A DNA stretch of 64,000 bases. Origin: an uncultured Planctomycetia bacterium. GTDB taxonomy: Bacteria > Planctomycetota > JAKEIC01 > CAZDSO01. Made by a program: the position numbers and the translations under genes. The notes beneath the pieces were generated by a model. It did not search any database. It had not been told where the DNA came from and saw only the letters and a list, made by a program, of their open reading frames with translations. Location: NCBI GenBank assembly GCA_964508045.1, contig CAZDSO010000001.1, forward strand, positions 746-64,745. Direction: 5' to 3'. Shown piece after piece: positions 37,519 to 46,450 of this stretch. How positions within the stretch are numbered: the stretch's first letter is position 1; every line of letters starts with the position of its first letter.

Positions 37519-37987
37519 GGAAGCCGCGGGCGAGGGGCCGTCGCTGCTGCAGCTGGTGACGTTCCGGCTCGGGGAGGAGGAGTACGCGTTCGACATCCTC
37601 TGCGTGCGCGAGATCAACCGGATGATGGAGATCACGCGGGTGCCGAGGGCGCCGGCGTTCATCGAGGGGGTGGTGAACCTGCGCGGGAACGTGATCCCGA
37701 TCATCGATTTGAGAAAGCGGTTCGGCCTCCCGGAGCAGGCGCCGGACAAGGCCACGCGGATCATCGTGACGGAGGTGGACCGGCGTGTGGTGGGGTTCAT
37801 CGTGGACACGGTGGTGGAGGTGCTGAGGATCCCGGCGGAAAAGGTGGAGCCGCCCGCGGACATCGCGGGCATCGACGCGGAATACATCCGGGGCGTGGGG
37901 AAGATCGAGGACCGCCTGCTGATCCTCTTGGACGTGGACCGCGTCCTGACGCGGCAGGAGAAGCAGATCCTCGAGGAGAAGACCTGA
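37490..37987 (+). CDS. cheW: chemotaxis coupling protein CheW
   Basis: [59 protein letters not shown]. It overlaps the mcp 3' end. An alternative start is the Met at 37499. Confidence 0.92.
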   Translation: MRSMTKEPPEEAAGEGPSLLQLVTFRLGEEEYAFDILCVREINRMMEITRVPRAPAFIEGVVNLRGNVIPIIDLRKRFGLPEQAPDKATRIIVTEVDRRVVGFIVDTVVEVLRIPAEKVEPPADIAGIDAEYIRGVGKIEDRLLILLDVDRVLTRQEKQILEEKT

Positions 37988-39297
37988 TGGCGAGGCGTCG
38001 CCTGTTTCCGGCTCCCTGGGCATTGCAGGGCAAGATCGCGCTGCTGGCAGCGGGCGTGACGGCGGTCTCCGTGGCCGTGGTCGACGCGGTGGCGATCGCG
38101 GGCGCGGGCGCGGAGGCGGGCGCGCTCGTCCTGACGTCCGCGCTTCTCGTCGCGGCGGCGGCGCTGGCGGGGTGGCTCGGCGGGGGGGTGATCGCGGGTC
38201 CGCTTCGCGCGGCCCGCGGCCGCGTGCGGACGGCCATGGAGGCGGACGCAGCGTTCTTCCGGGCGACGGCGCGGTCGCTCGCGGGAGAGCTCGATCAGCT
38301 CCGGAAGGCGTCCGCGGCGCGCGACAGGGAGATCCTGAGCGCCCTGGAGGCGGTCACCGAGACGGGATCGTCGTTGCGGCCGTCGTCGCAGTCGCTGTCG
38401 TCGCTGCAGGGGGCGCTCTTGAAGGGCGCTTCCCGGCAGGCGAAGCAGACGGAAGGGATCAAGCGTCTCTCGGAGACGATGGGGGCCACGCTCAGCACGG
38501 TGATCCTCCACGCGGCGGACGCGCTGAAGATGGCGAACCTGGCGGTGGAGAACGCGAAGAAGGGCGGCGACGTGGTGAACCAGACGGTGAAGCACATGAA
38601 CGCCATCACGATCACGGTGGCGAACTCGGCCAAGATCATCCGGGAGCTGGGGGAGCGTTCCAAGGGGATCGGGGAGATCATCCGGGTCATCGACGACATC
38701 GCGGACCAGACGAACCTGCTGGCGCTGAATGCGGCGATCGAGGCGGCGCGGGCGGGGGAGCAGGGGCGTGGGTTCGCGGTGGTGGCCGACGAGGTGCGCA
38801 AGCTCGCCGAGAGGACGACGATCGCGACCAAGGAGATCGCCGCGACGATCCGCTCGATCCAGTCCGAGACGAACTCGGCGGTGGCGGCCATGGACGAGGG
38901 GATCAAGGAGGTGGACAAGGGTGCGGGGCTGGCGGTGCAGGGGGGCGTGTGGCTGCAGAAGATCGTGGGCGGGGCGAGGAAGGTGGCGGAAATGATCCAG
39001 GAGATCGCGAAATCCTCCGAGCAGCAGAACGAGGCCTCCGACAACATCGCGGAAGAGATCGAGAGGCTGAGGAAGACCGCGGAGGAAAACCTCCTCCGCG
39101 TGCGCGACGCGGAGGGGGCGGCCAAGGCCCTGCGGGAAGGCATGGACCGGCTCGCGGAGCTCGCGGCCCGGGTGCCGGGGGGCGGGGAAGGCGAAACGGC
39201 GGTCCTTTCCGGGACGACCTCGGAGAGCGCGGCCCGGATCGAGGACCGGTACCTGGAAATCCTGAAGCAATTCGACCGGGAACTGCCGCCCGGGTGA
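37987..39297 (+). CDS. methyl-accepting chemotaxis protein (second copy, no periplasmic domain)
   Basis: Start overlaps the cheW stop (TGATG). The hairpin tip [40 protein letters not shown] is identical to that of the first MCP. Confidence 0.92.
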   Translation: MARRRLFPAPWALQGKIALLAAGVTAVSVAVVDAVAIAGAGAEAGALVLTSALLVAAAALAGWLGGGVIAGPLRAARGRVRTAMEADAAFFRATARSLAGELDQLRKASAARDREILSALEAVTETGSSLRPSSQSLSSLQGALLKGASRQAKQTEGIKRLSETMGATLSTVILHAADALKMANLAVENAKKGGDVVNQTVKHMNAITITVANSAKIIRELGERSKGIGEIIRVIDDIADQTNLLALNAAIEAARAGEQGRGFAVVADEVRKLAERTTIATKEIAATIRSIQSETNSAVAAMDEGIKEVDKGAGLAVQGGVWLQKIVGGARKVAEMIQEIAKSSEQQNEASDNIAEEIERLRKTAEENLLRVRDAEGAAKALREGMDRLAELAARVPGGGEGETAVLSGTTSESAARIEDRYLEILKQFDRELPPG

Positions 39298-39390
39298 GGC
39301 GTTGCCGGGGAGGCGGGGCCGCAGGGCGCTCGCCGTTTCGAGGGGCCGGACCGGGACCGATGAAGCGTTTGTTTTGGAAGGAAGTGGACC

Positions 39391-39771
39391 ATGGCCGACG
39401 AGGCGAAGAAGACCGTCCTCACGGTGGACGATTCCCGGGTGACGTTGAAGATCCTGAAGAAACTGCTGGCGGACACGGCGTTCGAGGTGGTCGGCGAGGC
39501 CAAACGGGGGCAGGAAGCGCTGGACCTCTACAAGGAGACCTCGCCGGACGCGGTGATCCTCGACATCGTGATGCCCGACATGGACGGAGTGCAGATTCTC
39601 GAAAAACTCCGCGGGATCGACCCCGGGGCCCGCGTCGTGATGGTCTCCTCGCTGGGCACCAAGGAGAAGGTGATGGAGTGCCTCGAAAAAGGGGCCAAGA
39701 GCTTCTTGATGAAACCCTACGAGAAGGAGGACCTGTTGAAGGTGCTCAAGAAAGTCTTTGAAGAGGAATAA
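39391..39771 (+). CDS. cheY: single-domain response regulator CheY
   Basis: VLTVDDSRVT...VILDIVMPDMDG...VVMVSSLG...FLMKP. Confidence 0.92.
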   Translation: MADEAKKTVLTVDDSRVTLKILKKLLADTAFEVVGEAKRGQEALDLYKETSPDAVILDIVMPDMDGVQILEKLRGIDPGARVVMVSSLGTKEKVMECLEKGAKSFLMKPYEKEDLLKVLKKVFEEE

Positions 39772-39773
39772 GC

Positions 39774-40649
39774 ATGACAGCGAAATTCTTCGGACAGTTC
39801 CTGCTCGAGCGGGGCCGGATCAACCGGGAGGAGCTCCTCGTGGCGGTGGAGCTGCAGCGGCACGTCAACGTGAAGCTGGGAACGCTGGCCGTCGATCGCG
39901 GCTACATGAAGGCCGCGGACGTGGAGACCGTCAACAAGCTCCAGCGGACGGTCGACAAGAAATTCGGCGAGCTCGCCGTGGAGAAGGGCTTCCTCACCGA
40001 TGCGAAGGTGGAGGAACTGCTCGCCGACCAGAAGCAGGAGAGGCTCCTCCTCGGCGAGGCCCTGGTCAAGAAGGACTTCCTCACCTTCGAGATCCTCGCG
40101 GAGGAACTGGAGGCCTTCCGGAAGGACCAGCAGAGCGTCCCCTCGACCGTCTCGGAAGTCTACGCCCGCAAGCCCGGCGCCGAGGTCCTGGAGGTCTTCG
40201 CCGACACCGCCGCGAAGATGTTCACCCGCATCGCCGACGAGACCGTCAAGGCCGGCCCCTGCTTCCACGACGCCGCCAGCGCCCGCCTCCACGACTTCTC
40301 CATCCGCCAGGAATTCCTCGGGGGGTTCAAGGGGCTTGTGGTCCTCAACCTCACCGAGGATCTCCTGCGCCGCCTGGCCTCGAAAATGCTGGAAGAGGAT
40401 GTGGCGGACGCCGGCGAGGACGCCCAGGACGGCGCCTGCGAGTTCCTCAACATCGTCAGCGGAAACGTCTGCGCCAAGCTCAGCGCCATGGGGAAGGTCA
40501 CCGAGATCCAGCCCCCCGAGGCCTGCGACAACCGCTCGGGCGAGCCCTTCGGGCTCGCCGAGGCCGCGGCCGGCGCCCGGCTCACCGTCACGCCGCTGCT
40601 GCACCCGGAATCCGGCGTGGAACTGGTGTTGATCGACCGATCGGATTGA
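39774..40649 (+). CDS. CheX/CheC-type CheY-P phosphatase domain preceded by 3-4 tandem MshEN/T2SSE_N-like 24-residue motifs
   Basis: The C-terminus DGACEFLNIVSGNVCAKLSAMGKVTEIQPP fits the CheC/CheX site D-x3-E-x2-N-x(~22)-P. N-terminal repeats: FGQFLLERGRINREELLVAVELQ, KLGTLAVDRGYMKAADVETVNKLQ, KFGELAVEKGFLTDAKVEELLADQ. Confidence 0.75.
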   Translation: MTAKFFGQFLLERGRINREELLVAVELQRHVNVKLGTLAVDRGYMKAADVETVNKLQRTVDKKFGELAVEKGFLTDAKVEELLADQKQERLLLGEALVKKDFLTFEILAEELEAFRKDQQSVPSTVSEVYARKPGAEVLEVFADTAAKMFTRIADETVKAGPCFHDAASARLHDFSIRQEFLGGFKGLVVLNLTEDLLRRLASKMLEEDVADAGEDAQDGACEFLNIVSGNVCAKLSAMGKVTEIQPPEACDNRSGEPFGLAEAAAGARLTVTPLLHPESGVELVLIDRSD

Positions 40650-40704
40650 TCCCTGCAGGGCCCGCGCGGGACGCATCCCGCGCGATGCGGGAAAAGGCAG
40701 GACC

Positions 40705-41139
40705 ATGACATCGATTCGACCAGGGGACGAGGAGCCCGCCGGCGGGCAGGAACGGCGCCGGTATTTTCGCCTTCCGCGGCGGAGCCTCGTCCGGCACAAG
40801 CGCCTCGAGTTCAGCCCGGAGCCCTCGCGCGCGGAAGCCGGCCGGATGCGGGATCTGAGCCTTTCCGGGGTGCGGTTCGACGCGGAGGGAACGTACGCGA
40901 TCGGGGACCTGTTGCGGCTCGAGCTCGACCTTCCCGGATGGGAGAAGGAGCGGATCGACTTCTACCGCGACGAGGAGGCGGTGAAGCCGCTGGTGGTGCT
41001 CGCGGAGGTCCGCTGGGTCAAGCCGGTCCAGGATCGTTTCGAGGTCGGCGCGCTGTTCGTCAACGTCGACCGGTGGCACTGGAAGGCGCTGGACCGCTAC
41101 CTGTCCAAGCTGCAGGAGAAGGAGGGGGAGGAGGAGTAG
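40705..41139 (+). CDS. PilZ-domain protein (predicted c-di-GMP receptor)
   Basis: RRYFR (RxxxR) and DLSLSG ((D/N)xSxxG) with typical spacing. 144 aa. Confidence 0.8.
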   Translation: MTSIRPGDEEPAGGQERRRYFRLPRRSLVRHKRLEFSPEPSRAEAGRMRDLSLSGVRFDAEGTYAIGDLLRLELDLPGWEKERIDFYRDEEAVKPLVVLAEVRWVKPVQDRFEVGALFVNVDRWHWKALDRYLSKLQEKEGEEE

Positions 41140-41237
41140 GGCGAGGAGGGGGAAAGAGGGGGTTCTCATGACCATTCCCGCCGGTGAAGAGAGAGAGAGA
41201 AGATGGGGGTCTTGATGGGTGGCATCCTTTCTCCTGG

Positions 41238-41474
41238 TCACGACAGAGGTCCTTCTGCCGCCGCCTGCAGGTGCCGCGCCGGTTCTGGAATCAATCGAGA
41301 TCGATTCCGCTGCAACACAGATGAATCATCCCGATGAGGGCGGAGACGCTGTGAAAACCAAACGCCTTGTGGATGCAGATCTTGATCTTGGCCGCGCTTG
41401 TAGCTGGTCTCGTCCACCCCGATGAACTCGAGGTCTTCGAGGAGATCGGGGGGCAGGAACCGATCAACGACACG
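41238..41474 (-). pseudogene. degenerate transposase fragment (ISL3-like DDE N-terminal motif)
   Basis: The minus-strand frame reads RVVDRFLPPDLLEDLEFIGVDETSYKRGQD, which resembles the ..lG(V/I)DE.S..(K/R)G..Y start of ISL3-type DDE domains. It then loses similarity. The segment is bounded by a stop at 41475-77. No inverted repeats were seen, and local GC is lower. Confidence 0.3.
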
Positions 41475-41501
41475 TTAAGATCTGACCCCTTGATTGCACC
41501 C

Positions 41502-42908
41502 CTATGCCCCGACCGGCGGCGGCTTGGGCCCGTCCTCGGGAAGCGTCTCGCGGACGATCTCCACGGCCAGCTCGCGCCCGAAATCCCGCGCCCCTTGAGG
41601 GGATTCGAGGTCCTTCGCCTTCTTGCCGCCCTTCTTCCTCCCTCCGGCCTTCTTCTTCCCCCCGGCCTTCTTCTTCGCTCCCGCCGGCGCCGGAACCTCC
41701 GCCTCCTTGAGATGGATCGTCTGCGTCGGGAAGGCGAATTCCACCCCGAGGCGCTCGGCCAGCCGGACCGCATCCACCAGGAAGCGGTGGCGCTCCTCGA
41801 GCTCCTCCCCCCAGCCCGGGACCTGGTGGAAGATGTAGACCATGATCTTCAGCGCGCTCTCCCCCAGGTCGTTGAAGTAGACGTGGAAGTAGTCCTTCCG
41901 CGTGCAGGGGTGGAGCCGGACGATCTCCCGCAGGCCCTCGCAGAAGGCCTCGATCTTCCACGGCGGCGTGTCGTAGGCGATGCCGAAGTGCGTGGAGTAG
42001 CGCCGGTATGTCCGGGCCCCGTAGTTGTCCACCGCCGAGTCGATCAGCTTCGAGTTGGGCAGGGAGATCAGCGAGTTGTAGAAGGTGCGGATGCGCGTCG
42101 ACCGGAACCCCACGCGCTCCACCGTCCCTTCCACGTCCCCCACGAGCACCCAGTCCCCCACCTGGAACGGCTGGTCGAACAGCACCGTGATCGACCCGAA
42201 GATGTTCGCCACCGTGTCCTTGGCGGCCAGCGCGAAGGCCAAACCCCCGATGCCGAGCCCCGCCAGGAGGCTCCCCACCTCCATGCCCAGGTTCTGGGCC
42301 ACGAAGACCACGCCGATGGCCAGCACGAAGACCTTGGCGATCTTGCGGACCAGCGGAACCAGCATGTCGTCCAGCTTCGTCTCCGTCTTCCCGGCGAGCT
42401 GCAAAAGGTAGATGCTCAGAAGATCCATCAGCCGGTAGCTCGCCCACACCCCCGCGCCCGCCAGCACCACCGTCGCCGCCAGAAACAGGATGCGGTGCGC
42501 CGCCTCCGGGATGGCGAGCACCGGCAGACCGAGCACCACCACGAGCCCGAAGGCCATGAAACCGAAGGGCCGCTCCGCCTTCTTCCAGAGGTTCTCGGGC
42601 ACCTCCCGCACCACCTTGGACACCTTGGCGTGCTCGGTCCGGACGAGACGCCGGATCAGGCGCCGGCCCAGAAGGGCCACGATGCGTTCCGCCAGGACCG
42701 CCAGCGAAGCGAGGACGAGGATCCCGATCCACTGCCAGTGTTCGAGCAGAAAACCCGTCCGCCTCAGGCTCTCCGGCATCAGCGATTCCAGCCAGCCGCT
42801 CGCCCCGGCGGCAAGGGCCCCGGGCTCCGCGCCCAGGACGCGGGACGCGCGCGCGAGGAAAACCGTCCCCAGCACCAGCGTCCATCTCGAAACGTGCTTC
42901 AAGACCAT
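41502..42908 (-). CDS. MscS-family mechanosensitive channel with Lys/Gly-rich C-terminal tail
   Basis: The ATG at 42908 gives MVLKHVSRWTLVLGTVFLA. Conserved pore/beta domain: LAAKDTVANIFGSITVLFDQPFQVGDWVLVGDVEGTVERVGFRSTRIRT. Tail: KKKAGGKKKAGGRKKGGKKAK. Confidence 0.88.
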   Translation of the reverse strand: MVLKHVSRWTLVLGTVFLARASRVLGAEPGALAAGASGWLESLMPESLRRTGFLLEHWQWIGILVLASLAVLAERIVALLGRRLIRRLVRTEHAKVSKVVREVPENLWKKAERPFGFMAFGLVVVLGLPVLAIPEAAHRILFLAATVVLAGAGVWASYRLMDLLSIYLLQLAGKTETKLDDMLVPLVRKIAKVFVLAIGVVFVAQNLGMEVGSLLAGLGIGGLAFALAAKDTVANIFGSITVLFDQPFQVGDWVLVGDVEGTVERVGFRSTRIRTFYNSLISLPNSKLIDSAVDNYGARTYRRYSTHFGIAYDTPPWKIEAFCEGLREIVRLHPCTRKDYFHVYFNDLGESALKIMVYIFHQVPGWGEELEERHRFLVDAVRLAERLGVEFAFPTQTIHLKEAEVPAPAGAKKKAGGKKKAGGRKKGGKKAKDLESPQGARDFGRELAVEIVRETLPEDGPKPPPVGA

Positions 42909-42980
42909 GGCGATGCACTCCGTGAAAACCGGTCGGTTGCTGCGGTTCGAAGTGAGGCGCCTCGGCTTGCGGTGCTGCGC

Positions 42981-43019
42981 CACTCCGCTTGCGCTACGTG
43001 GCTCACTACGAACGATTGC
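42981..43019. repeat. copy of the internal module of the 1344-1590 element
   Basis: cactccgcttgcgctacgtggctcactacgaacgattgc aligns with cactccgccttcggcttcgtgtttcactacgaaccgttgc at 1403-1442. Confidence 0.45.
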
Positions 43020-43929
43020 GCCCGGGTGTATCCCCTTCCTCCCCCCCGTCCCCTCCCGTCTTCTCTTCGCCGTCGTCCGGCTCATCCTCGATCGCCCCCC
43101 CGGGCAGGGGCTTGGGGGTGAAATCCCGCTCGGCGAGAAAGAGGGCGCACCGCTCTCTCGCCTCCTCGAGCGTGACCCCGGAGACCTCGTGGATGAACGC
43201 GACGAGGGAATCCGTGCCCCCGTCGAGGGGGCTTCTCCGGCCGAGGGTGCACAGGGGGGCCCAGAAGTTCCTCGTGTAGACCTGGCCGCGCCGTCCCGTG
43301 TCGGCCCTCACCAGGGCGGGCTCGGCGTCGCCGGGAAAGAAGAGGCTGGCGGAGGGGACGAGGGCGGAGCCGGTGAGGCGCTTGATCCGGTGGAGAAGGC
43401 ACCCCTGGTGCCGCCGGGTCTCGGTGCGGAAGCGAAGGTCGACGAACTCGTTGTAGGCGACGACGTAGAGGGCGTCGCACCCGGCGTCCCGCGCGGCCGC
43501 GACCAGATCCCCCACGGGAACGGGGTCGGCCTCGAGGGTGGAGGGATCGATGACGCGGCCGCGGAAGCCGGTGGTCCCGAGGCTTTCGGCAAGGGCGGAG
43601 GCGAGGGCGGGATCGAAGTCGGAGGCGGGGAAGGCGGCGCCGGCCTCGATGGGGGGCGGGGACCAGATGAGCCGGAGATCCCAGGGCCAGGGGACGAGGC
43701 CGAAGAGGGACCCGGAGACGGCGAGGAAGACGCGGCGCCGCCCCCACCGGTCCCGCTCCAGGCCGAGGTCGTTCTGGAAGGCGGCCACGCCGATCGTGGC
43801 TTGATCCGACCGCTCCAGGAACGCGAGGTAGGCGGGTTTCTCCTCGTCGCGGCCCGTGGGCCACGAGACGCACCCCGCCGATACGATCACGACGAGGGCG
43901 AAAAACAGAAGCGTGATGCGTGGCTTCAT
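43006..43929 (-). CDS. lipoprotein, unknown function
   Basis: The ATG at 43929 gives MKPRITLLFFALVVIVSAGC (lipobox). No recognisable catalytic motif. Confidence 0.65.
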   Translation of the reverse strand: MKPRITLLFFALVVIVSAGCVSWPTGRDEEKPAYLAFLERSDQATIGVAAFQNDLGLERDRWGRRRVFLAVSGSLFGLVPWPWDLRLIWSPPPIEAGAAFPASDFDPALASALAESLGTTGFRGRVIDPSTLEADPVPVGDLVAAARDAGCDALYVVAYNEFVDLRFRTETRRHQGCLLHRIKRLTGSALVPSASLFFPGDAEPALVRADTGRRGQVYTRNFWAPLCTLGRRSPLDGGTDSLVAFIHEVSGVTLEEARERCALFLAERDFTPKPLPGGAIEDEPDDGEEKTGGDGGEEGDTPGRNRS

Positions 43930-43977
43930 GGCGTCGTCCCGTTCCTGACCGTCCTTCACGAAAAAAAGAATACGCTT

Positions 43978-44046
43978 GGGGATTCCAGATTCCAGGCGTC
44001 AGATTTCAGTCGAAAGCACCATGCAACGGCTGCAATCTGAAATCCC
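43978..44046. repeat. 69-bp hairpin copy of the GATTTCAG repeat family
   Basis: ggggattccagattccag (43978-95) pairs with ctgcaatctgaaatccc (44030-46), 15 of 17 by hand. The loop contains gtcagatttcag and ccatgcaacgg. The latter is the reverse complement of ccgttgcat(t/g)g in the 1344-1590 element. Confidence 0.6.
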
Positions 44047-44074
44047 TTTCCAGCAATGATGGCTCTATCGCCCC

Positions 44075-45130
44075 CTAGAGGATCGCGAAGACAGCGAACC
44101 AGAGGCCGCTGAGGGCCACGTTCACGTCGATGTCCATCTTGCTCGAGCCGAGCTCGTACAGCTCGGCCTGGATGTTCCAGAGCCGGTACCCGAGCCCCAC
44201 GCGCACCCAGGGGCAAGCCTGGTTCCAGACGCCGATCTTGAGGTCGGTGTAGTTGCCGAAGTAGAGGTACATCTCCTGCAGATCGAGGGAGACGTAGAAG
44301 GATTCCAGGGGCCGCCACTCGACGCGGGTCGAGACCGAGACGAGCGGGTAGTCGCCGATCCGGTCGTCGTCCACCTTCTCCCGGTCGCGGATCGACCCGT
44401 CCTCCCAGGCGGAGAACACGCGGACGTCGGTGTCGGCCCGGGCGGCGTAGCGCAACCAGTGCACGGCCATCCCGGCGTAGACCTCCAGGGAGTCGGAGGC
44501 GTTCGCCCGGTATTCGAACAGGAGCTTGGTGTCCATGAGCTCGGCGGTGAAGGTGATCCTCGGGATCCCGACCCCGGAGGAGGGCGGGGTGTCGGGGGGG
44601 ATCCTCTGCCGGGTCGCCGTGTCCCAGTCCTCGGCGTAGACGACGTCCCCGAAGGCGTGGACGCGGTCGGGGATCACCCGGCGCGTCTCGCGGAACCACC
44701 ACCACGAGAGACGGAAGGCGGTGTCACGGAGGCGGAGGCCGATCTCGGGATTGACGAGGACATAGGTGGACGGAAGGTCCATCTCCTCGACGAGATCGAG
44801 GTGATGGATGCCCGTGCCGAAGACGTCCAGGTTGTTCAGCGCCTCGGCCAGCCGCATGTCGCCCGTGGAGGTCCGGGAGACGGCGTCGAGGTCCGCGATC
44901 CACAACAGGCAACGCACGCGCAGCTCGAACAGCCCCTGCTCGATGCTGCTCTGCCTCTCCTCCTCCATGCCCCACGCGTCCTCCTCCGCCTCCCCGTCCT
45001 CCGCGGCGATCGAGAGGGCCCGGGCGATCCGGAGGGGGGCCGGCTCCTCGTCCCGGCCGGCCGGGTTTCCGACCGCGGGGGAAGCGAGCGCCGCCGCGAG
45101 AAGCCCGGCGAGGAGGAGGCGAGCCGCCAT
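44075..45130 (-). CDS. putative outer-membrane beta-barrel protein
   Basis: The ATG at 45130 gives signal MAARLLLAGLLAAALASPAVG. The C-terminal two-thirds shows alternating hydrophobic/polar strands with aromatic girdle residues. The functional class is inferred only. Confidence 0.55.
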   Translation of the reverse strand: MAARLLLAGLLAAALASPAVGNPAGRDEEPAPLRIARALSIAAEDGEAEEDAWGMEEERQSSIEQGLFELRVRCLLWIADLDAVSRTSTGDMRLAEALNNLDVFGTGIHHLDLVEEMDLPSTYVLVNPEIGLRLRDTAFRLSWWWFRETRRVIPDRVHAFGDVVYAEDWDTATRQRIPPDTPPSSGVGIPRITFTAELMDTKLLFEYRANASDSLEVYAGMAVHWLRYAARADTDVRVFSAWEDGSIRDREKVDDDRIGDYPLVSVSTRVEWRPLESFYVSLDLQEMYLYFGNYTDLKIGVWNQACPWVRVGLGYRLWNIQAELYELGSSKMDIDVNVALSGLWFAVFAIL

Positions 45131-45146
45131 GGGATCCTCCAAAGGG

Positions 45147-46355
45147 CTAGGCCTTGACGTCGACTTCGAGAACCATCGCGGCCCCCGTGTCGCCGGCGGC
45201 GCAGCCGTCGAAGAGGCCATAACCGCCGCCGCGAAGGGCGAGTTCCTCGATGAGCTCGATGATCAGGCGCGTGCCCGTCGGCCCCTGGGGGTGGCCGTAG
45301 ATCATGGAGGACCCGTAGTTGTTCATGGCCTCCGGCTTGACGCCGAACTCGCGGCAGAACAGGACGTCGTTCACGGCGAAGGGATTGTGGGTCTTGATGG
45401 CCTTGACATCCTTGATGTCGAGGCCCGCCCGCTTCAGCGCCTGCCGGCCGGCGGGAAGGATCGCCATCGCCATGAACCCCTTCTTCGCGCGGCCCTCGCC
45501 GTAGGAAACGATCTTCACCTCGATGTTCTTGTCCGACGACATCTCCGCGGCCTTCCCGCGCGTCGTGACCACCACCCCCGCGTTCGCGTCCGCAGGGTAC
45601 GTCTGGCTGCCGAACGTGATCGTCCCGCCCTTCAGCACGGGCCTGAGCTTCTTCAACCCCTCCTCCGTGGTGGGAAAGACCCCCTCGTCCCCGTCCACCG
45701 TGCCGATCACCTTGCGGCCCGAAGGATTGACCTCGACGGGGAGGATCATGTACCGCTTCTGGAACGCCTTGTCGTCCTTCAGGGCCTCCTGGTACTGGTT
45801 GTAGCGGAGCAGCGTCATCGCGTCCTGCTCCTCCCGCGTGATGCCCACCTCCCCTGCCACGTTCTCCCCCGTCTGGATCATCGCGTTCTTGGCGAACGGA
45901 TCGTACCCGAAGTTGTCCCACACCCAGTCCTCCTTGTCGCCCGTCCCCCCCGGACCCATCGGATTCGGATAGTAGATGTGGGGACCGTTGCTGCACTTGT
46001 CCGTCGTCGCGACGAGGACGCATTCCCGCGATTCCATATCGATCTCCTGCGCGGCGGCGTCCAGGCAGCGGGCGCCGGTGGCGCAGGCCTGGCCGATCAT
46101 CGGGGCCGTGATCTCCCCCGCGCCGATGAGCCCCGTGTACCACGGACCGCCGTAGAACAGGTGCTTCTGCGGAATCGTGATGCCGAGAACGGCCCCGTCG
46201 AAGGCCTCCACGGCGATCTTGCGCTCCTCGAAAAAACGCTTCGTGATCTCCGCCGCGAACGGGATGGGATGGAGGGGCGCGAAGCTCATCTGCCACTTGC
46301 AGAACGGCGTGCTCCAGTACGCCCCGTAGGGAATGTAGGATTTCTCGAATCTCAT
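45147..46355 (-). CDS. thiolase-family protein (divergent acetyl-CoA acyltransferase-like)
   Basis: IGQACATGARCL (active-site Cys), GHPQGPTGTRL, GCAAGDTGAAMVLEV. Confidence 0.85.
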   Translation of the reverse strand: MRFEKSYIPYGAYWSTPFCKWQMSFAPLHPIPFAAEITKRFFEERKIAVEAFDGAVLGITIPQKHLFYGGPWYTGLIGAGEITAPMIGQACATGARCLDAAAQEIDMESRECVLVATTDKCSNGPHIYYPNPMGPGGTGDKEDWVWDNFGYDPFAKNAMIQTGENVAGEVGITREEQDAMTLLRYNQYQEALKDDKAFQKRYMILPVEVNPSGRKVIGTVDGDEGVFPTTEEGLKKLRPVLKGGTITFGSQTYPADANAGVVVTTRGKAAEMSSDKNIEVKIVSYGEGRAKKGFMAMAILPAGRQALKRAGLDIKDVKAIKTHNPFAVNDVLFCREFGVKPEAMNNYGSSMIYGHPQGPTGTRLIIELIEELALRGGGYGLFDGCAAGDTGAAMVLEVDVKA

Positions 46356-46450
46356 GGCTTCCTCCCAATGACGCTCGTCTTCATCGCCGATGGTGTATCC
46401 GAATCACGGCGCTTTGACAACAGAAATCCCGAAGACCCACGCGCCCGGCC

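Noticed and set aside
36244-39270. 1,008-aa minus-strand ORF across the MCP/CheW/MCP genes
   Set aside because: It is antisense to three genes with canonical chemotaxis motifs. The composition is R/P/H/L-rich and no domains are present.
41291-41773. 160-aa minus-strand ORF spanning the MscS 3' end and the IS-remnant gap
   Set aside because: It overlaps the MscS coding frame and is R-rich there. Only a different frame in 41385-41474 shows the transposase-like peptide.
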